Shown here: positions 59,560-64,000 of the stretch, piece after piece
Layout: every line of letters starts with the position of its first letter
How positions within the stretch are numbered: the first letter of the stretch is position 1
Assembly: GCA_965217775.1 (NCBI GenBank)
Contig: CBDCJH010000002.1
Location: 1,760,001-1,824,000, forward strand
Direction of reading: 5' to 3'
DNA length: 64,000 bases
Source: Acidobacteriota bacterium
GTDB lineage: Bacteria > Acidobacteriota > UBA6911 > RPQK01 > JAJDTT01
Translations under genes and position numbers: made by a program
The notes under the pieces: model-generated
Told to the model about the DNA's origin: nothing
Databases searched by the model: none
Seen by the model: the letters and a program-made list of their open reading frames with translations, nothing else

Positions 59560-59997
59560 GGGGCTCCATTTTTAGAACCGGCATTCGTAGTGAAGGACCC
59601 GGCGTCACTGCCGCGTTCCACTGGGGAGTACGAGATCATCGGGCGAACCGGTGACGGGGACGTGTTGTTCTCGCTTCCATTCCAGATGCCGGAGGTGGCC
59701 GACGGAGATGGGAGATCCTCCTTCGCTTTCGTTCTGCCTGTGCAGCCAGAATGGGCCGATCAGTTGGCCAGCATCACCCTGTCCGGACCCGGTGGCTCGG
59801 TCACGCTGGATCAGGACACCAACCGCCCGGTCACTATCCTGCGAAATCCGCGGACCGGGCAGATTCGTGCCATCCTGCGCGGCGCGGCGGCCGCCCCCGA
59901 AAGCGTGGACGCCACAGTGTCGGCGCTGTCATTGGACCCGGGATTGGAGAGGTTGACCAGCCGCGGAATCCCGGACCCGGAAGGCTGGACACAATAA
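59560..59997 (+). pseudogene. C-terminal fragment of a large exported protein
   Basis: Reading frame PFLEPAFVV...SRGIPDPEGW starts abruptly, fused to the LLM fragment, with no RBS or signal peptide. Confidence 0.6.
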
Positions 59998-60075
59998 TAG
60001 AGGCGGATCGTTCACCCGGAGAACGAACTCCGTAAATTGACGTCCGTTAACTGCAATTAAAAAGGAAGCAGCGCA

Positions 60076-60129
60076 GCGAAAAGGTGACTGTCCCCTTCGC
60101 ATTCGCATTCGCATTCGCATTCGCATTCG
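60076..60129. repeat. GACTGTCCC motif (60086) followed by (TTCGCA)5
   Basis: GCGAAAAGGTGACTGTCCCCTTCGC, then TTCGCA x5. Confidence 0.88.
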
Positions 60130-60187
60130 GGGTCCCATGGAGAAGGTACTGGCGCTCTGCAAGAAGTACGGCGTGGCCTTCGGAACC

Positions 60188-60591
60188 CTACTTTGTGATC
60201 CCGCCAGATTGCCCCCAGCCGGTCGCTTGGCGCTCCCCCCCTTTGTGGTACTCCACTGATACATTGAACGCAGAACCAAAGACATGGGCGCTCACGTATA
60301 GAACTGGCCCGTCTGTCTTGGCTCGGTCATAAGGATCCGAGTAGAGGCCGACTGGCCGCAAGTGCGTTACCGCCGCCAGCCAGAGGCGATGCTCGGTTAA
60401 ACCAATTTTCCTCGCATCGTTGCTCAAGCGTTTCACCACTACTGCCATGGGACGGCAGGCGTTGTACAGCCTCCTCCGGTCCTGGTCGTTAATATGCTGG
60501 CCTTGATGGGGCCGAGCTGAAATACCGCGAAAACAGCGAGTGCAACGAACCAGGTTGGGAGTCTGACGGGCCGGCGATTGCGGGGACTCAT
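60188..60591 (-). pseudogene. Frameshifted exported hypothetical protein
   Basis: Signal peptide MSPRNRRPVRLPTWFVALAVFAVF in one frame; mature-like LYNACRPMAVVV...VSVEYHK in another. Confidence 0.45.
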
Positions 60592-60684
60592 GCGGTGGAA
60601 CCCTACTACACCCTCTCCCGTGGTCGGCATCATTCCATTCGTGACGGTTTACGGATATCATAAAGCTAGGTACTCTGGCGGTTC

Positions 60685-60963
60685 ATGATCCGAAGTTTCA
60701 GCGACCGAAACACCCGGCGCTTCTTCGAGGGCCGTCGGGTGGGAGCGTTCCAGGGATTCGCAGATCAGGCCGTGCGCCGTCTCACCCTGTTGGACAACGC
60801 GGAGTCCCTTCGAGACTTGGCCGGGTTGCCCAGCAACCGTCTGGAAGCGCTTCGGGGCAACCGGGCCGGCCAGTTCAGCATCCGGATCAATGCGCAGTGG
60901 CGAATCTGTTTTCGTTGGGGAGAGGATGGACCCTACGAAGTCGAGATCGTGGACTATCACTGA
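60685..60963 (+). CDS. higB: HigB/RelE-family toxin
   Basis: MIRSFSD..T..FF, PSNRLEALRGNRAGQFSIRINAQWRICF, VEIVDYH. Confidence 0.92.
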   Translation: MIRSFSDRNTRRFFEGRRVGAFQGFADQAVRRLTLLDNAESLRDLAGLPSNRLEALRGNRAGQFSIRINAQWRICFRWGEDGPYEVEIVDYH

Positions 60964-60973
60964 GGAGGTCGAG

Positions 60974-61315
60974 GTGACGAGCTTTAAAAATGGGATGCGA
61001 CCGGTGCATCCGGGAGAGATCTTGCGGGACGAGTTGGATGCGCTTGGCTTGTCGGCCAATGCGCTGTCGAAGGCACTGGGCGTGCCCGTGAATCGAATCA
61101 CGGCGATCCTGAATGGGCAGCGGGGTGTGACGGCCAACACGGCATTGCGCCTGGCGCGCTACTTCGGGACGACCCCGCAGGTTTGGCTGAATCTGCAGAA
61201 GACGTGGGAGCTGCGGCGGGAAGAGATCAGCGTTGGGAGCTTGATTGCCGAACGCGTCCAGCCCCGGCAAACGATGACGCCGATTGAAGTGACCAGTGTC
61301 GACACCCGATCCTGA
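60974..61315 (+). CDS. higA: HigA antitoxin (HTH)
   Basis: PVHPGEILRDEL, LGVPVNRITAILNGQRGVTANTALRLARYFGTTPQVWLNLQ. Confidence 0.92.
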   Translation: MTSFKNGMRPVHPGEILRDELDALGLSANALSKALGVPVNRITAILNGQRGVTANTALRLARYFGTTPQVWLNLQKTWELRREEISVGSLIAERVQPRQTMTPIEVTSVDTRS

Positions 61316-61435
61316 GTAAATGTCCGGTCAACTGTTCACCCAGTATTTTCTCACCGACGTCATAAAGACCACCTTTGAATGGAGAGCGTCACTCGCCCAA
61401 CCGGAGGACTTCCTCCAGTTCCGAGACAGAAGACG

Positions 61436-62095
61436 ATGATAACCACCAATGTCATCCAGCGGACCTTCTTCGTCAAGATCGGTAATATGACAGGCACTGC
61501 GTTCACCATTGACCGCAACGGTAGGCAATACCTCGTGACGGCCCGCCATATTGCTGGTGGCGCAGTGCAAAGCATGGAGGTCTTCCACAATGGCCGGTGG
61601 ACGTCGCTTAGTGTAAACGCCGTAGGCATTGGACGGAACGACGTCGACGTAGCTGTCTTCGCGCCCAATGTCATATTGTCGCCGCCACATCTTCTAGAGG
61701 CGACCTCTGCTGGATTGACCTACGGACAGCCAGTTTCCTTCCTCGGGTTCCCTTTCGATTGGCAAGGAGGCTTGGCCCACATGAACAACGGTTTCCCGTT
61801 TCCGTTCGTGAAGGCTGGAATCGTAAGTGCACCGCCCAGCCACCGGATTTGGACCGACACCCACGGCAACCGAGGGTTCAGCGGCGCCCCGGTGGTATTC
61901 AAATCGCTATCTGGCGCCGGCAACTCGCCATGGAAGGTCGCGGGCATCGTTGTTAAATCAAAGCCCGATCCTCAGACAGGCGGGAACGCTGGATTCGTCA
62001 TTGCTGAACCAATCAAGGCTGCGACAGCCTTGATGGACGAAAGGCCTATCGGAGCTACAATGTTCGGCGGAACTGCCTCCGGCAAGACATCCTGA
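61436..62095 (+). CDS. Trypsin-like serine protease
   Basis: GTAF, LVTARH (His), DVAV (Asp), FLGFP, GNRGFSGAPV (Ser); no signal peptide. Confidence 0.8.
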   Translation: MITTNVIQRTFFVKIGNMTGTAFTIDRNGRQYLVTARHIAGGAVQSMEVFHNGRWTSLSVNAVGIGRNDVDVAVFAPNVILSPPHLLEATSAGLTYGQPVSFLGFPFDWQGGLAHMNNGFPFPFVKAGIVSAPPSHRIWTDTHGNRGFSGAPVVFKSLSGAGNSPWKVAGIVVKSKPDPQTGGNAGFVIAEPIKAATALMDERPIGATMFGGTASGKTS

Positions 62096-62123
62096 TTAGA
62101 CCTTGCCGGGCGACGATTCACAC

Positions 62124-62158
62124 AGAGAAAAGGTGACTGTCCCCTTCTCACCTTTTCG
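62124..62158. repeat. GACTGTCCC motif (62135) with an inverted stutter
   Basis: AGAGAAAAGGTGACTGTCCCCTTCTCACCTTTTC; TCACCTTTTC is the reverse complement of GAAAAGGTGA. Confidence 0.88.
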
Positions 62159-62725
62159 AGAGGGAAGGTCCAGCGACGGATCCTGGCCACGTCAATCAGG
62201 ACGTAGAGTCCTCCCAGGATCAGGCAGCACCAGCCCGTCGAAAAGATTGCCCAGGAGGGTGTCCAGATCCGCTTGACAAGTGGACAGACACCCGTCCAAT
62301 CGAGGATCAGTCCTACGGTCAGACCAAGAATTCCCGCTGCCAGAAGTGTTCTGAGCTTGGTTTGGGCCGAGCGGTGCGAGCGCAGGAACCCGCCCACCAT
62401 CAGGCCGAAAAGCATGGTGGCCAGGGAGGGAATGAAGTTGATGGTCTGATACCCTCCTCCGTTGTGGACGAACGGCTCCTGGCGTGGCAACTGGTTCAGC
62501 AGCCAGCCGTCAACGGCATGACCGACGTTGGCGTTCTTATGCCAGGCTGGAGACACTTCCGCCAGATGTCGCTGAGCCCACTCCGGTTGAACACCCACCT
62601 CAGGCTAGCCGCTCGTAAGCTCGACACCGGTTCCGGGATACAGGACGTACAACATCCACGTCAGGATCAGGACGAACACTGCCCCAAGGGCCTGACTTCG
62701 AATTCTTCGACGCCAGAACAAAAAG
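62159..62725 (-). pseudogene. Near-identical 567-bp duplicate of acyltransferase segment 52132-52698
   Basis: Colinear nucleotide match with scattered substitutions; bounded by motif copies at both ends. Confidence 0.93.
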
Positions 62726-62804
62726 CGCAGAGCAAAGGTGACTGTCCCCTTTTCGCGACCCGCCCGTCACGCAGAGCAAAGGTGACTGTCCCCTTTTCGC
62801 GACC
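62726..62804. repeat. Two direct 35-bp repeats containing the GACTGTCCC motif (62740, 62784)
   Basis: CGCAGAGCAAAGGTGACTGTCCCCTTTTCGCGACC at 62726-62760 and 62770-62804. Confidence 0.9.
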
Positions 62805-62981
62805 GGTGGGTCATGCGCTGTGCGAACGGAGACATCTACGACGTTTCTTATGTGAAGGGGGAGGAGCGCAACCGAACGATCCGGAAACTGCAACAGTGAC
62901 ACCTTCCGGGGGATGTAACGAGGCAGTTTCTACTGAAGCGGATCTATCTTGCAATTGATCGTCGAACCGCTGGGAGGATGA

Positions 62982-63452
62982 ATGATCGACGAGCGGAAAC
63001 TAGCGGAACTCCTAATGCGTCCCTACAGACAGCGCATCATGAACAACGTCCACAGGTCGGAATACGTGGAGTGTCTGGTGGCTCTTGCGCTGGAGGACAC
63101 GTGGGAACGCCAAGAGCATTGGTCAGAGTACGATTTTAAACACAAGCGTTCCGGCAAGCGGCTCGAACTCAAACAGTCCGCCGTACGGCAAGCCTGGGAA
63201 CAAGCGGAGCCTTCGCAATCGCGATTCGAATTCAAGCCGCCCGGCACGACGGACATCTACCTCTTCGCTTGGCATGGGCACTGGCGAAACGCCGCCCACA
63301 GCGACATCATGCAGTGGCAGTTTTTCGTTGTCCCGGAACGGGACCTGCCAGAACAAAAGAGCATCGGCGTGAACCCGCTAACGGAGATCGTGGCGCCATG
63401 CACGTTTGAAGAACTGCGGGACGGAGCAGCAAGGGTAGAAGAATCACTCTGA
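62982..63452 (+). CDS. Hypothetical PD-(D/E)XK restriction-endonuclease-like protein
   Basis: RSEYVECLVA..., WSEYDF......RLELKQSA, DIYLFA, WQFFVVP. Confidence 0.6.
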   Translation: MIDERKLAELLMRPYRQRIMNNVHRSEYVECLVALALEDTWERQEHWSEYDFKHKRSGKRLELKQSAVRQAWEQAEPSQSRFEFKPPGTTDIYLFAWHGHWRNAAHSDIMQWQFFVVPERDLPEQKSIGVNPLTEIVAPCTFEELRDGAARVEESL

Positions 63453-63663
63453 CCTGCCAGCACGAGCGGACCGAGAAAGCTGAATGCCGAGCCCTTTACC
63501 GACGAACGCCTCGGCGAGGAGCTGCGAGTGGTGGCCACTGCCGGATGCCCTGAGTCGCGGTGCCCGTTGCCGTGACCGCCACCCCTTCTCTGAACAATGC
63601 CCGACAACCTGTCCGCGAGCGTCCCTTAACTGAAATTAACGGACGCACGGCGGCTCGGCCCAT

Positions 63664-63801
63664 CAGGTGTCCGGGGACATCCGCCGCTATCAGGATCTGG
63701 GAGTCGACTACCTGGGAGTGGTCCTTTTGACGGAAGATCTGTCCGAAAGTCTGGACCGGATCGAGCGCTTCATGACGACCGTGGCGCCGCTGGTCCAGTG
63801 A
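63664..63801 (+). pseudogene. Third copy of the LLM oxidoreductase 3' end (possible attR-side remnant)
   Basis: CAGGTGTCCGGGGACATCCGCCGCTATCAGGATCTGGGAGTCGAC...GCTGGTCCAGTGA. Confidence 0.9.
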
Positions 63802-63802
63802 A

Positions 63803-64000
63803 TCAGACCGACGCGACCGTTTCCCTCCGGCAGATTCCCGCCAAGAGCCCCATCCCCTCCCGAATGACCTGGGGAGGATCGTAGCCGAAACAGAGCCTGG
63901 CGCAGTTGTGACCCGAATTTCCCTCGGGCGACAGGCGAATGCCGGGAAAGATGATAATGCCCTCGTGAAGTGCCTGGTCGGCAACCGCCTGCATGTCGAC
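63803..64000 (-). CDS. C-terminus of a PLP-dependent aminotransferase (MocR/ARO8-like), partial
   Basis: GIIIFPG......NCARLCFGY....IREGMGLL. Confidence 0.65.
   Translation of the reverse strand, partial: VDMQAVADQALHEGIIIFPGIRLSPEGNSGHNCARLCFGYDPPQVIREGMGLLAGICRRETVASV

Noticed and set aside
61972-62598. 208-aa ORF as a second functional acyltransferase
   Set aside because: It is an internal duplicate fragment truncated by motifs at both ends.
46509-62804. Motif array read as a CRISPR array or integron attC array
   Set aside because: Spacing is irregular (about 20 bp to 5 kb); no cas or intI genes; no RYYYAAC/GTTRRRY core pairs seen.

Overview
GC-rich bacterial chromosomal DNA; the gene repertoire suggests Acidobacteriota, which is an inference. 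Bases 1-46.4 kb are mostly intact core or metabolic genes: an aspartate aminotransferase, a GNAT plus SSS symporter, a Tat-exported PaoABC-like molybdoenzyme operon with three uncharacterised accessory genes, a 30-aa bS22/COX24-like ORF missed by the ORF track, rnhA, a porin-cupredoxin-di-haem operon behind a 16-bp palindrome, lsrF, a hydantoinase/oxoprolinase pair, fdhD, hslR, hpt, a metalloprotease, glycosylation genes, leuB, a DtxR/MntR regulator, trxB, mscS and sugar oxidoreductases. Two hairpin elements occur here, one a clear TTAA-duplicating MITE. Bases 46.4-63.8 kb are a highly rearranged accessory region built around a RAYT-type HUH (Y1) transposase at 48106-49047. Eleven copies of a hairpin motif with core GACTGTCCC surround it, and their orientation flips at the RAYT gene. 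Most copies carry local stutter duplications, two bracket an intact enolase-family gene, and others sit exactly at the deletion and truncation junctions of a duplicated gene fragment. The region also holds three copies of the 3' end of an LLM oxidoreductase gene (att-like), higBA, a trypsin-like protease, a PD-(D/E)XK-like protein and several gene fragments. The RAYT/GACTGTCCC-motif system is the best candidate for an undescribed DNA capture or rearrangement system. No rRNA, tRNA or CRISPR array was seen.
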